A DNA stretch of 64,000 bases from an uncultured Actinomycetes bacterium (GCA_963704725.1 OY969934.1:128001-192000); one strand, 5' to 3'; shown: positions 28,880 through 38,940, numbered from the stretch's first letter. Notes: generated by a model from the letters alone, not told the origin. Translations and numbers: made by a program.

Positions 28880-30745
28880 ATGTCCGCCGACGCCCTGATC
28901 ACCAACGCCAACGGGCGTCGCCCCGGGCTCGGCCGGGGGCGGGAGCCGGCGGCCGCGCTCACCGCGGTGGTCGAGGACCTCGCGGGCGAGCTGTCGCTCC
29001 GCCCGCTCCTCGAGCGGATCCTCCTGCACTCGACCGAGCTGCTCGGGTGCGACGCCGGATCGATCTGCCTCGTCGACGAGTCCGCCGGTGTCTACCGCAA
29101 GGAGGCGGACATCGGGGTGGCCTGCCAATCGGGACGCGTCTTCCCCCTGACGGAGGGCGTGACCGGCGCGGTCGTGAAGCGTCGGGGCCCGGTCATCTTC
29201 GCCGACTACGCCGAGGTGCCGGGCGGCCACGTCCGGCCGGAGGACCGCGCGTCGCTGCGCGGCGTGATCGGGGTCCCGATCTGGTGGCGTGGCGAGATCG
29301 TGGGGTCCTGCGTGGTGTTCTCCCGAGACCCCGGGCGCACGTTCTCCCTGCAGGACGCCGAGCTGCTCGGGCTGTTCGCGAAGCACGCCGCCATCGCCGT
29401 GACGAACGCGCGCCTGCACGAGGCCTCGGAGGCCAACGCGAGGGCGGAGGCGACCGCGGCCGAGAGGGAGCGCATCGCGCGGGAGGTGCACGACACCGTG
29501 GCGCAGGGGCTGGTTTCGGTCCTGCTCCAGCTCCGGGCCGCCGACGGCGCGGTCGCCGAGGGGCGGTCCGAGGACGCCGTGGCCGCGCTCCGCGAGGCGC
29601 GCGCGACCGCAGAGGCCGCCTTCGAGGAGACCCGCCGCAGCGTGCTCGGCCTGGCGCCGTCGCCGCTCGAGGGCCGCTCGCTGGAGGAGGCGCTGGAGCT
29701 CGAGGTCGACTGGGCGAACCGGATCGGCGTGGCGGACCTGCGGCTGGTGACGGCGGGACCGCAAGTACCGTTGCCGGCTGAGCTGGCGCTCACGCTCTTC
29801 CGCATCGCGCAGGAGGCGCTCACGAACGCGCTCCGCCACGCGCGGGCACGATCGGTGCGGTTCGGGCTCGTGTACGGGCCGGCCGACGTCACGCTGCTCG
29901 TCCAGGACGACGGGGCGGGGTTCGACCAAGCGCAGATCGATCAGGCCGGCGAGCTCGGGCACGGGGGCCTCCGGGGGATGGCCGAGCGGGCGCACCTTCT
30001 CGGAGGCACGCTCGAGCTCGACTCGACCCCAGGATGGGGAACGCGCGTCCGCGCCTCGATCCCCCTCCCGCTGGCTTCGCCCGCCGATGCCGAGCCGCTG
30101 GTCGGTCCCGTCCGGGTGCTCGTGGTCGACGACCACGCGATCGCCCGGGCGGGGATCGTCCGGCTCCTGTCCTCGGCGGGCGCGGCGGGGAGCGACCCCG
30201 CGCTTCGGATCGTCGGCGAGGCCTCCTCGGGCGAGGAGGCGGTGGCGGCCTGGCGCCAGCTTCGGCCGGACGTGGTCCTCATGGACCTCCGGATGCCGGG
30301 CGGTGACGGGATCGACGCGATCGCGCGGATCCGTCGCGAGGACCCGCAGGCTCGCATCGTGGCGCTCACGGCGTTCACGAACGACGATCTGGTCGCCGGC
30401 GCGATCCGAGCCGGCGCGCGCGGCTACGTCGGCAAGAGCGCAACGGTCGCGGAGCTCGTCGGCGCAGTGCTGAGCGCCTCGCGCGGCGACACAGTGCTGT
30501 CGGGTGCGGCGGCGGACCGTCTCCGCTCGCACCTGAATGGGTCGGGCGGCTACCTGGCCCTCACCGACCGCGAGCGCGAGGTGGTTCGCTACCTCGAACG
30601 CGGAACGCCAGATCGGGAGATCGCCGCGGCGCTGCATATCTCGATCAAAACGGTCGAGAAGCACGTCGGCTCCATCCTGCGCAAGACCGGCAGCCAGAAC
30701 CGCACGCAGGTTGCCGCGTTGGCGCGTGAGTACACTCGCGCCTAG
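28880..30745 (+). CDS. Hybrid GAF - HisKA_3 histidine kinase - REC - LuxR HTH regulator
   Basis: RERIAREVHD, QEALTNALRHA, DDGAGF, VDDH, VLMDLRMP and LTDREREV...TVEKHV motifs in one ORF. Confidence 0.9.
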   Translation: MSADALITNANGRRPGLGRGREPAAALTAVVEDLAGELSLRPLLERILLHSTELLGCDAGSICLVDESAGVYRKEADIGVACQSGRVFPLTEGVTGAVVKRRGPVIFADYAEVPGGHVRPEDRASLRGVIGVPIWWRGEIVGSCVVFSRDPGRTFSLQDAELLGLFAKHAAIAVTNARLHEASEANARAEATAAERERIAREVHDTVAQGLVSVLLQLRAADGAVAEGRSEDAVAALREARATAEAAFEETRRSVLGLAPSPLEGRSLEEALELEVDWANRIGVADLRLVTAGPQVPLPAELALTLFRIAQEALTNALRHARARSVRFGLVYGPADVTLLVQDDGAGFDQAQIDQAGELGHGGLRGMAERAHLLGGTLELDSTPGWGTRVRASIPLPLASPADAEPLVGPVRVLVVDDHAIARAGIVRLLSSAGAAGSDPALRIVGEASSGEEAVAAWRQLRPDVVLMDLRMPGGDGIDAIARIRREDPQARIVALTAFTNDDLVAGAIRAGARGYVGKSATVAELVGAVLSASRGDTVLSGAAADRLRSHLNGSGGYLALTDREREVVRYLERGTPDREIAAALHISIKTVEKHVGSILRKTGSQNRTQVAALAREYTRA

Positions 30746-30846
30746 GGGAAACCCCGGCCCTCGGGACGGGTGATCCCCCCGATGCCGGGGCATCGTCCAT
30801 CCACCTAGCCTGTGCTCGCGTTCGCGAGCCAACGGAGGTGATTGGG

Positions 30847-31707
30847 ATGCCCGTCGTCCCGTTCAAGGACATCATCGACCGCGCCTACAAGGACCGCTAC
30901 GGCGTCGCGGCCTTCAACATCGTCAACGACCTCACGCTCGAGGCCGTGCTGGCGGCGGCGGTGGAGCAGCGCGCGCCGCTGATCGTCCAGACCTCGGTCA
31001 AGACGGTGAAGTCGATCGGGCGAGACGTCCTGTTCGGGATGTGGAAGACGATGACGGCCGGGATCGAGGTCCCCGTCACCCTGCATCTCGACCACTGTCC
31101 CGAGCGCGAGGTCATCACCTCGTGCCTCGAGGCCGGCTGGAACTCCGTGCTGTTCGACGGGTCGTCGCTTCCCGTGCAGGAGAACCTGAAGCAGGCCAAG
31201 GAGGTCGTCGAGGAGGCGCGCCGCTACGGCGCCCACGTCGAGGGCGAGATCGAGCCGTTCAAGGGCGTGGAGGACGACCTGGGCTCGGATGAGGAGTCCG
31301 ACCGCCAGTCGCTCGAGGTGGCGCTCGACTTCATCCGGTCGACCGGGGTCGACTGCTACGCGCCGGCGATCGGGAACGCGCACGGGTGGTACTCGAGCGA
31401 GCCCAAGCTCGACGCGCAGCGCGTGTCGGACATCGAGGCCGCCGAGCCGATCCCGATCGCGCTGCACGGCGGGAGCGGGATGACCGACGCGCAGTTCACC
31501 GACCTGATCGCGCGCGGCTGCGCGAAGGTGAACATCTCGACCGCGCTCAAGCGGCGGTTCATGAAGTCCAACCTGGAGTTCCTGCGCGACGCGGAGGCCA
31601 AGGACAAATGGGATCCGCCGTCCCTCTTCAAGCACGTCCGGGCCGAGATCGTCGAGTTGACCGCGGATCACATCAAGCGTTTCGGCAGCGTGGGCAAGGC
31701 CTGGTGA
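30847..31707 (+). CDS. Class II fructose/tagatose-bisphosphate aldolase family protein
   Basis: AFN, LHLDH, VEGEI, IGNAHG, LHGGSG and KVNIST motifs. Confidence 0.92.
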   Translation: MPVVPFKDIIDRAYKDRYGVAAFNIVNDLTLEAVLAAAVEQRAPLIVQTSVKTVKSIGRDVLFGMWKTMTAGIEVPVTLHLDHCPEREVITSCLEAGWNSVLFDGSSLPVQENLKQAKEVVEEARRYGAHVEGEIEPFKGVEDDLGSDEESDRQSLEVALDFIRSTGVDCYAPAIGNAHGWYSSEPKLDAQRVSDIEAAEPIPIALHGGSGMTDAQFTDLIARGCAKVNISTALKRRFMKSNLEFLRDAEAKDKWDPPSLFKHVRAEIVELTADHIKRFGSVGKAW

Positions 31708-32477
31708 GCACCCTCATCTTCGACTGCGACGGCGTGCTGGCCGACACCGAGCGGTACGGCCACCTCGTCGCATTCAACCAGACGTTCGAGGAGTTCGGCC
31801 TGCCCGTGCGCTGGTCCGAGGAGGAATACGGCCGCAAGCTCGCGATCGCCGGCGGCAAGGAGCGCATGAAGAGCCTGCTCACCGAGGACTTCGTCGCGGA
31901 GGCGGGGCTCCCGGCCGATCCGGAGGGTCAGAAGGCGATGCTCGCCGACTGGCATCGCCGGAAGACCGCGATCTACACGGAGCTCGTGGCGGCGGGCAAG
32001 CTGCCGGGTCGGCCGGGCGTGGCCCGCGTCATCGGCGAGGCGCTCGACGCCGGCTGGGACCTCGCGGTGGCCTCGACCTCGGCGGAGGCGTCGGTACGCG
32101 CAGTGCTCGACCACGTGGTCGGGCCGGCGCAGGCCGCCCGCTTCGCGCTGGTGCTCGCCGGCGACGTGGTCGAGAAGAAGAAGCCGGCCCCGGACATCTA
32201 CCTCCTCGCCGTCGAGCGCCTCGGCGCCGACCCGGCGAACACGCTGGTGGTCGAGGACTCGCGCAACGGGTTGCTGGCGGCTGCCGGCGCCGGCCTCACC
32301 TGCCTGGTCACCGTCAACGGCTACACCGAGGACGAGGACTTCTCCGAGGCCGCCCTGGTCGTGACCTCGCTCGGCGACCCCGACGAGCCGGCGAAGGTGC
32401 TCGCCAACCGGAGCGCCGCCCATCCCGGCGACCGACTGGGCCTGGACGACCTCATCGCGTGCCTCGGCGCGCGCTGA
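31704..32477 (+). CDS. HAD-IA phosphatase (CbbY-like)
   Basis: FDCDGVLADTE..GH..AFN, GGKERM, KKPAPDIY and VEDSRNG motifs. Confidence 0.9.
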   Translation: MSTLIFDCDGVLADTERYGHLVAFNQTFEEFGLPVRWSEEEYGRKLAIAGGKERMKSLLTEDFVAEAGLPADPEGQKAMLADWHRRKTAIYTELVAAGKLPGRPGVARVIGEALDAGWDLAVASTSAEASVRAVLDHVVGPAQAARFALVLAGDVVEKKKPAPDIYLLAVERLGADPANTLVVEDSRNGLLAAAGAGLTCLVTVNGYTEDEDFSEAALVVTSLGDPDEPAKVLANRSAAHPGDRLGLDDLIACLGAR

Positions 32478-32507
32478 CCCTGCAGAACGACGAAGAAGGA
32501 GGTGCGG

Positions 32508-33149
32508 ATGGGGGGATCGAGCTTTGAGAATGTCGAGCTCGTCGTGCGCACGATCGCGGACACGGCCGTCGAGAACGAGAAGTACTTCGGCGACCTCGAC
32601 GCGGTCGTCGGGGACGGCGACTTCGGGTACTCGATGGCTCGCGGCTTCGAGATCGTGGTCGCGGACTGGGGCAACTTCGACCGGGCGGACATCGGCACCT
32701 TCCTGAAGAAGATCGCCGTGGTGATCACGGGCCGGATCGGCGGGAGCTCGGGCCCCATCTGGGGGACGGCATTCCTGCGGGCCGGGGCCGTTTCGGCCGG
32801 CAAGACGGAGCTCACGGTCGACGAGGTGATCGCGATGCTCCGGGCGGCGATCGATGGCATCAAGCAGCGCGGCCAGTCGGATCTTGGCGACAAGACGCTG
32901 CTCGACGCCCTCGTCCCGGCCGTCGACGTGCTCGAGGAGTCGCTTCGCGGGGGGGAAGGAGCGCGCGCCGCGATCGCGAAGGCGGCGGCCAAGGCCCGCG
33001 AGCAGGCCGAAGTCACGAAGGATCTGGTGGCCAGGAAGGGCCGCGCCGCATACACGGGCGAACGCAGCATCGGGACGCTCGACGCCGGAGCGGTCGCGGT
33101 CGCGGTCATGTTGGAGCGGCTCGCCGAGGTCTGGCCCGGCGAGGGCTGA
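32508..33149 (+). CDS. dhaL: Dihydroxyacetone kinase subunit L
   Basis: LDAVVGDGDFG, GGSSGP, GDKTLLDAL and KGRAAY.GERS motifs. Confidence 0.92.
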   Translation: MGGSSFENVELVVRTIADTAVENEKYFGDLDAVVGDGDFGYSMARGFEIVVADWGNFDRADIGTFLKKIAVVITGRIGGSSGPIWGTAFLRAGAVSAGKTELTVDEVIAMLRAAIDGIKQRGQSDLGDKTLLDALVPAVDVLEESLRGGEGARAAIAKAAAKAREQAEVTKDLVARKGRAAYTGERSIGTLDAGAVAVAVMLERLAEVWPGEG

Positions 33150-33169
33150 GCGAGAGAAGGGGGAACGAC

Positions 33170-34165
33170 GTGAAGAAGTTCGTGAACGACCCGAAGCAGT
33201 TCGTGCCCGAGATGCTGAAGGGCATCGCGCTCGCGAACCCCGGGATGGTCAAGTACGTGCCCGAGTACAACCTCATCATGCGGACGGACGCGCCGAGCGA
33301 CGACAAGGTGTCGATCGTCCAGGGCTCCGGATCCGGCCACGAGCCCGCGCACGTCATGATCGTCGGCAAAGGGATGCTCGACGCCGCCTGTCCCGGCGAC
33401 GTGTTCGCCGCGCCGCCGATGGACTACGTCCTGGAGACGACCAAGCTCCTGAACTCCGCCAAGGGCGTGCTGCACCTCATCAACAACTACAGCGGCGACC
33501 GCATGGCCTTCGACATGGGCCGCGAGATGGCCGAGGCCGAGGGCGTCCGGATCGGCACCGTCATCGTGGACGACGACGTGGCCGTCAAGGACTCGACGTA
33601 CACGGTCGGACGTCGCGGCGTCGCCGGGAACTTCTTCGTGATCAAGGCGGTCGGCGCGGCCTCGGAGAAGGGTGCCGAGCTGGACGACCTCATCAAGCTG
33701 GGGGAGCGGGTCAACTCGGTCACCCGGACGATGGGGATGGCACTCACGTCGTGCACGCCGCCGGCGAAGGGTTCGCCGCTGTTCGAGCTCGGCGAGGACG
33801 AGATGGAGATGGGCGTGGGGATCCACGGCGAGCCGGGACGGCGCCGCGAGAAGCTCGCCGACGCGAACGCCATCGTCGACGAGCTCGTCGAGGCCACCGC
33901 GTCGGATCTGCCTTTCAACCGGGGCGACAACATCGCGCTGATGATCAACGGGCTCGGCGGGACGCCGATCAGCGAGCTGTACCTGCTGTTCGGGCGGGCG
34001 CACGACCAGCTGACGGGCCGCGGGATCAACGTCGCCAAGAGCTACGTGGGCGAGTACTGCACCTCGCTCGACATGGCCGGGTGCTCGGTGACGCTCGTCA
34101 AGCTCGACGACGAGCTGGTCTCGCTGCTCGAGGCGCCTGCGGAGATCCCCAACCGCGTCTTCTAG
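33170..34165 (+). CDS. dhaK: Dihydroxyacetone kinase subunit K
   Basis: GSGHEPAH, NYSGD, RRGVAG, GIHGEPG and TSLDMAG motifs. Confidence 0.93.
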   Translation: MKKFVNDPKQFVPEMLKGIALANPGMVKYVPEYNLIMRTDAPSDDKVSIVQGSGSGHEPAHVMIVGKGMLDAACPGDVFAAPPMDYVLETTKLLNSAKGVLHLINNYSGDRMAFDMGREMAEAEGVRIGTVIVDDDVAVKDSTYTVGRRGVAGNFFVIKAVGAASEKGAELDDLIKLGERVNSVTRTMGMALTSCTPPAKGSPLFELGEDEMEMGVGIHGEPGRRREKLADANAIVDELVEATASDLPFNRGDNIALMINGLGGTPISELYLLFGRAHDQLTGRGINVAKSYVGEYCTSLDMAGCSVTLVKLDDELVSLLEAPAEIPNRVF

Positions 34166-34253
34166 TTGCTGTAGCCCGGCCAAGGGGTTGTGCGAGCGAG
34201 AAAGGCTCCGCTAGGTTCCTGGGCACGTCTCGTCGCGCCGAGGGAGGTGCCCC

Positions 34254-37046
34254 ATGGGAGGGATCGGCCGGGCTCGTTGGGTCACGCTGGGGGTCGCGCT
34301 GCTGCTCGCGGTGGGCCTGGTGCCCACCGCGAGCAGGCCCGGGACCGCCCAGGCCGATCCAGCAGATGCCGCGCTGGCGAGCCCCAGCGTGCGCAACCCG
34401 GTGGACGAGGTCTACTACTTCGTCCTGCCGGACCGGTTCTCCAACGGCGATCAGGGCAACGACACCGGTGAGCTTCCCGGCGGTCCGCTCCAGACCGGCT
34501 TCGATCCCACGAACCGGGGCTTCTTCCACGGCGGCGACCTGGCCGGGCTGACCCAGAAGCTCGACTACCTGCAGGGGCTCGGCGTCACAGCCATCTGGAT
34601 GGGGCCGGTCTTCAAGAACCGGCCGGTGCAGGGGCTCGGCACCCCGTTCGTGTCCGCGGGGTACCACGGGTACTGGACGACGGACTTCACCCGCGTCGAC
34701 CCGCACTTCGGCACGAACGGGGAGCTGCAGAACCTCCTCGACACGGCGCACGGGGACGGCCTGAAGCTCTTCTTCGACATCATCACCAACCACACCGCCG
34801 ACGTCATCGACTACCAGGAGCACGTGTACGACTACATCCCCAAGGCCGACGCCCCGTACCTGGATGCGAACGGCGTGCCCTTCGACGACCGGGACTACGC
34901 CGGCACCAACGACTTCCCGGCCCTCGACCCCGAGGTGAGCTTCCCCTACACCCCGGTGTTCAACTCGAACGCCGATCGCCACGTGAAGCGGCCGAAGTGG
35001 CTGAACGACGTCACGCTGTACCACAACCGCGGGAACACGACGTTCTCCGGCGAGAACTCGGTGTACGGCGACTTCTTCGGTCTCGACGACCTGTTCACGG
35101 AGCAGCCCCGGGTGGTGCGGGGCATGACCCAGATCTTCGGCCGGTGGGTGCGGTTCGGCGTCGACGGCTTCCGCGTGGACACCACCAAGCACGTCAACCT
35201 CGAGTTCTGGCAGCAGTGGGCGCCGGCGATGCTGGCCCAGGCCCACAAGATCCACAACGACGACTTCTTCATGTTCGGCGAGGTGTTCGACCCCAACCCG
35301 AACTTCCCCTCGATCTTCTCGACGGACGGCGACCTGCCGGCCGTCCTGGACTTCGGGTTCCAGAACCGGGCGCAGCGCTTCGCGGCCGAGTCGGCCCCTA
35401 CCGACCAACTCCAGCAGTTCTTCGCCTCCGACGACTGGTACACGGACGCGGACTCGAACGTGTACGCGCTCCCGACCTTCCTGGGCAACCACGACATGGG
35501 CCGGATCGGGATGTTCGTGAGCGACGCGAACCCCGGAGCGAGCGACGACGAGCTCCTGGCCCGGGACCTACTCGCGCACGAGCTCATGTTCTTCTCCCGC
35601 GGCGAGCCGGTCATCTACTCGGGTGACGAGCAGGGCTTCACCGGCGCCGGCGGCGACCAGCTGGCCCGCCAGGACATGTTCCCCAGCCTGACCGAGGAGT
35701 ACTGGGACGACGACCAGCTCGGGACCGACGCCAGCCCCCAGGACGACAACTTCGATCCCGATCACCCCATCTACCAGCAGGTGTCCGAGCTCGCCGCGCT
35801 GCTCCAGGAGAACGAGGCGCTGCGGACCGGGGCCCAGATCCACCGGTACGCGACCGATCAGGCCGGCATCTACGCGTTCAGCCGGGTGGGGCGCGACGAG
35901 CGGGTCGAGTACCTCGTCGCAGCGAACAACGCCGAGACCGAGCAGACCGCAACCTTCGCGGCGCTCACCCCGGATGCCGGGTTCTCGGCGGTGTGGCCCT
36001 CGGGGGCGCCGGGGTTCACCTCGGGCTCCGACGGCACCGTGACGATCACCGTGCCGCCGCTGAGCGCCGTGGTGTGGAAGGCCGACGGGCCGATCCCCGA
36101 CAGCGACTCCGCGCCGGCGATCACCCTGGGCGAGCCCCAGCCGTTCTTCCTGGACAAGGACGGGCACCATCGTGAGGGGCTGTGGCTCACCGCCGATCTC
36201 GACCGCGACCTGTACGCCGAGGTCACGTTCGCCGTCTCGGTCGACGGCGGCGAGTTCGCGCCGATCGGGACCGACGACAACGCCCCGTACCAGGTCTTCT
36301 ATTCCACCGAGGGCCTGGCCGAGGGAACGCCGCTGCAGATCAAGGCCGTCGTGAACGACCTGAACGGCCACTTCGCCTCGGCCGACCTGGCGAGCGAGGT
36401 CCCGCCGCCGCCGCCCCCGCCCGACCCCGGCGCCGACGAGCCCGACTCCGTGGTGGTGCCCGGAAGCCTGCAGTCCGAGCTCGGATGCGCATCCGACTGG
36501 GATCCAGCGTGCGCGAACACGGCCCTCACCTACGACGCGAACGGCGACATCTGGACCGGCACCTTCGACGTCCCGGCGGGGGACTGGGAGTACAAGGTCG
36601 CGCTGAACGGCTCGTGGACGGAGAACTATGGCGCGGGCGGCGTGCGCGACGGCGCGAACATCGCCCTGTCGCTCTCGGCCCCGACGACGGTGACGTTCTG
36701 GTACAAGACCGACACCCACTTCATCACCGACGACGTGAACTCGGAGATCGTGACGGCGCCCGGGAGCTACCAATCCGAGATCGGTTGCTCGTCCGACTGG
36801 GATCCCGCCTGCATGATGTCCTGGCTCCAGGACCTCAACGACGACGGGGTCTACACGTTCACGACGAACCGGATCCCCGCCGGCAGCTACGAGGTGAAGG
36901 TGGCCCATGACCGGTCGTGGACCGAGAACTACGGCGCCGGAGGCGTACCGAACGGGGCGAACATCCCGTTCGATGTCGCCGAGGGCGAGACGGTGTCCTT
37001 CCGGTACGACATCGTGACGCATCTGCTGACGATCTCGTCGGCCTGA
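34254..37046 (+). CDS. Secreted GH13 alpha-amylase/pullulanase with two C-terminal X25-like starch-binding repeats
   Basis: Signal peptide; DRFSNGD, YHGYW, GFRVDTTKH, GEV and NHD motifs; two PGS.QSE.GC..DWDP.C repeats. Confidence 0.92.
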   Translation: MGGIGRARWVTLGVALLLAVGLVPTASRPGTAQADPADAALASPSVRNPVDEVYYFVLPDRFSNGDQGNDTGELPGGPLQTGFDPTNRGFFHGGDLAGLTQKLDYLQGLGVTAIWMGPVFKNRPVQGLGTPFVSAGYHGYWTTDFTRVDPHFGTNGELQNLLDTAHGDGLKLFFDIITNHTADVIDYQEHVYDYIPKADAPYLDANGVPFDDRDYAGTNDFPALDPEVSFPYTPVFNSNADRHVKRPKWLNDVTLYHNRGNTTFSGENSVYGDFFGLDDLFTEQPRVVRGMTQIFGRWVRFGVDGFRVDTTKHVNLEFWQQWAPAMLAQAHKIHNDDFFMFGEVFDPNPNFPSIFSTDGDLPAVLDFGFQNRAQRFAAESAPTDQLQQFFASDDWYTDADSNVYALPTFLGNHDMGRIGMFVSDANPGASDDELLARDLLAHELMFFSRGEPVIYSGDEQGFTGAGGDQLARQDMFPSLTEEYWDDDQLGTDASPQDDNFDPDHPIYQQVSELAALLQENEALRTGAQIHRYATDQAGIYAFSRVGRDERVEYLVAANNAETEQTATFAALTPDAGFSAVWPSGAPGFTSGSDGTVTITVPPLSAVVWKADGPIPDSDSAPAITLGEPQPFFLDKDGHHREGLWLTADLDRDLYAEVTFAVSVDGGEFAPIGTDDNAPYQVFYSTEGLAEGTPLQIKAVVNDLNGHFASADLASEVPPPPPPPDPGADEPDSVVVPGSLQSELGCASDWDPACANTALTYDANGDIWTGTFDVPAGDWEYKVALNGSWTENYGAGGVRDGANIALSLSAPTTVTFWYKTDTHFITDDVNSEIVTAPGSYQSEIGCSSDWDPACMMSWLQDLNDDGVYTFTTNRIPAGSYEVKVAHDRSWTENYGAGGVPNGANIPFDVAEGETVSFRYDIVTHLLTISSA

Positions 37047-37057
37047 GCCGAGACGGG

Positions 37058-37086
37058 CGTCCGCCGCTCCGACGGCGCGGCGGACG
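37058..37086 (+). terminator. GC-rich hairpin after the amylase gene
   Basis: CGTCCGCCGC / GCGGCGGACG 10-bp inverted repeat. Confidence 0.55.
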
Positions 37087-37193
37087 TCAGCGCTTCCCCC
37101 GCCTTGCCCGGCAGGGGTCTCGTCGCGGACGTGCGTTGCTCGCGGGCAGGGGTGGGGCGTATCGTCGGTCAACTCGGACCGAAGGGGGCGGAC

Positions 37194-37865
37194 GTGGGCT
37201 CGTACGAGGACGCCGTCGACGTGCTCGACCGGGAGCTGCAGCGGGTGCTCGGCGTGTTCGAGAGCGTCTCATCCGAGGAGTGGTCCAGGCCAACGATGCT
37301 CCAGCCGCTCGATCCGGCCCTGCCGCACTGGACCGTGTTCGAGCTCGCCGGGCACTTCGACATCTCGATCGGACTCACGTGGATGCTCTCGGAGGAGCCC
37401 AAGCAGGGGCAGGTGGGCCGCGACCGGGTGAGCTTCTTCATCTTCCCTCGGTCGGACGTGGCGCCGGTCGTCTACGACTACGCGTTCACGATGGTGGAGG
37501 GGAAGAAGCCGGTCGATATGCCGGCCGTCCTTCGTGAGACCTTCAAACGGTCGGTCGACGGAGCGCGCGCGAACCCGCCGACGCTGGTGGGATCCGGCTA
37601 CTACGCGCTGATGGAGCTCGGCGAGTTCGTGCCGAGCCGCATCGTCGAGGCCGTCGTCCACGGGTTCGATCTGACCGATGCCCTGGGCCGCGAGACGGTC
37701 GCCAGCCCCGAGGCCGTCGCGATCACGGCCGGCATCCTGGACGACCTCCTGGCGCGGCGAACGGTGGCGGGGCGCCCCGCGGATCTCGCGGACGACCTCG
37801 CCTGGGTCCGGGCGGCGTCGGGACGAGCCCCCCACGACGATCCGCGCCTGCCCCTGATCGGTTGA
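37194..37865 (+). CDS. MDMPI / DinB-superfamily protein (mycothiol-dependent maleylpyruvate isomerase-like)
   Basis: WTVFELAGH and EAVVHGFDL metal-binding motifs; GTG start inferred. Confidence 0.8.
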   Translation: MGSYEDAVDVLDRELQRVLGVFESVSSEEWSRPTMLQPLDPALPHWTVFELAGHFDISIGLTWMLSEEPKQGQVGRDRVSFFIFPRSDVAPVVYDYAFTMVEGKKPVDMPAVLRETFKRSVDGARANPPTLVGSGYYALMELGEFVPSRIVEAVVHGFDLTDALGRETVASPEAVAITAGILDDLLARRTVAGRPADLADDLAWVRAASGRAPHDDPRLPLIG

Positions 37866-37940
37866 GCGCCGGGCCCGGCTCATCCCGTCCTAGACTGGCA
37901 GCGAGGGGTGCGGTGGCCACGGCCGCGCGGCATCACGCTC

Positions 37941-38013
37941 GGGGACGTAGCTCAGTCGGTAGAGCACCTGCTTTGCAAGCAGGGGGTCGGCGGTTCGAGT
38001 CCGCTCGTCTCCA
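37941..38013 (+). tRNA. tRNA-Ala(TGC)
   Basis: GGGGACG/CGTCTCC acceptor stem with G3-U70, TTTGCAA anticodon loop, GTTCGAGTC T-loop. Confidence 0.97.
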
Positions 38014-38084
38014 CGAACGACACGTACGTGTGAACCAGGCACCGGAGCGCGGACGTCCTCGCGTCTGCGCGCATGACCTCGAAA

Positions 38085-38414
38085 TCAGACTTCGCAGCCG
38101 ACCGCGATCTCGAGCGCTTCGCAGACCTGCCGCATCCGCTCGTCGCTGAGACGGCCGAGGCGCTCAACAAGTGTTCCGACCGACACGCTCTCGATGGAGT
38201 CGAGGTTGATGACCGAAGTCTGCGGGATCGGGTCCTCGCCGGGCTCGAGCATCACCTCGCTCGCGATACCACGGACGGTGGTCGTGCACGGTCCGATGAG
38301 TGCTCGTCGCAGCCGCGGGATCGCCGCGTCGCGCGACAGCACGAGGACCGGCCGGCGCCCCACCTCGGCGAGCTCACACCACCAGACCTCTCCCCGAGCA
38401 GGAAGGGCGGTCAT
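38085..38414 (-). CDS. mazF: PemK/MazF family toxin
   Basis: [24 protein letters not shown] and SVINLD motifs; ATGA coupling to the antitoxin. Confidence 0.9.
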   Translation of the reverse strand: MTALPARGEVWWCELAEVGRRPVLVLSRDAAIPRLRRALIGPCTTTVRGIASEVMLEPGEDPIPQTSVINLDSIESVSVGTLVERLGRLSDERMRQVCEALEIAVGCEV

Positions 38415-38647
38415 GACGCGCCGGCGGCCCTTCGGAACGAGGCGAGATCTCCCCACTGGTCGCTCGCGTCCAGTGGGATGCGGTCGTACGCCGCATAGGC
38501 GGCGTCGATCTCGACGGCGCGGTTCCGGGCCAAGAGAGAAGCGAGCGCCTCATCGAGGAGCGCCGAATCCGCCAGCTCCGATCGAGCCCGGCGGGCTTCG
38601 GCGAGGAGCTGCTCATCGACCGTCGTGCTGACCCTCACCCGCGCCAT
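38411..38647 (-). CDS. mazE: MazE-type (MazE5-like, RHH) antitoxin
   Basis: [15 protein letters not shown]...[23 protein letters not shown]; 78 aa, directly upstream of the toxin. Confidence 0.85.
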   Translation of the reverse strand: MARVRVSTTVDEQLLAEARRARSELADSALLDEALASLLARNRAVEIDAAYAAYDRIPLDASDQWGDLASFRRAAGAS

Positions 38648-38880
38648 GCCACTCTTATACCACATGCATGCCACTGAACGTCGGATCCAACAGGGTCGGG
38701 CAACGACGGGGAGTCGTGCGAGTCCGTTGTTTCGAGCAAATGGCCGGGCGTCTGCGAAGCCGGACGCGCGACTCGACCGACCGGGAGCGACACTGTCTCG
38801 GCAGTGATCAAGCCACCGCGGTTCGTGCACCGTTCGATCAAGACCGCGTTCGCGGCTCAGAGACCCCTTCGCTGGCGGCG

Positions 38881-38917
38881 AGCAGGGGGTCGGCGCTTCG
38901 AGTCCGCCCGTTTCCAC
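38881..38917 (+). repeat. Degenerate direct repeat of the tRNA-Ala 3' half (att-like)
   Basis: 34/37 identical to 37978-38014. Confidence 0.85.
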
Positions 38918-38940
38918 CGAGCTCGTCGTTTCTCCTTCCC

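Noticed and set aside
36440-37030. Internal DNA repeat in the amylase gene as a mobile or array element
   Set aside because: It is explained by the two tandem starch-binding domains
38881-38917. A third functional tRNA
   Set aside because: Only the 3' half is present, the T-stem is disrupted, and there is no D-arm or 5' acceptor strand
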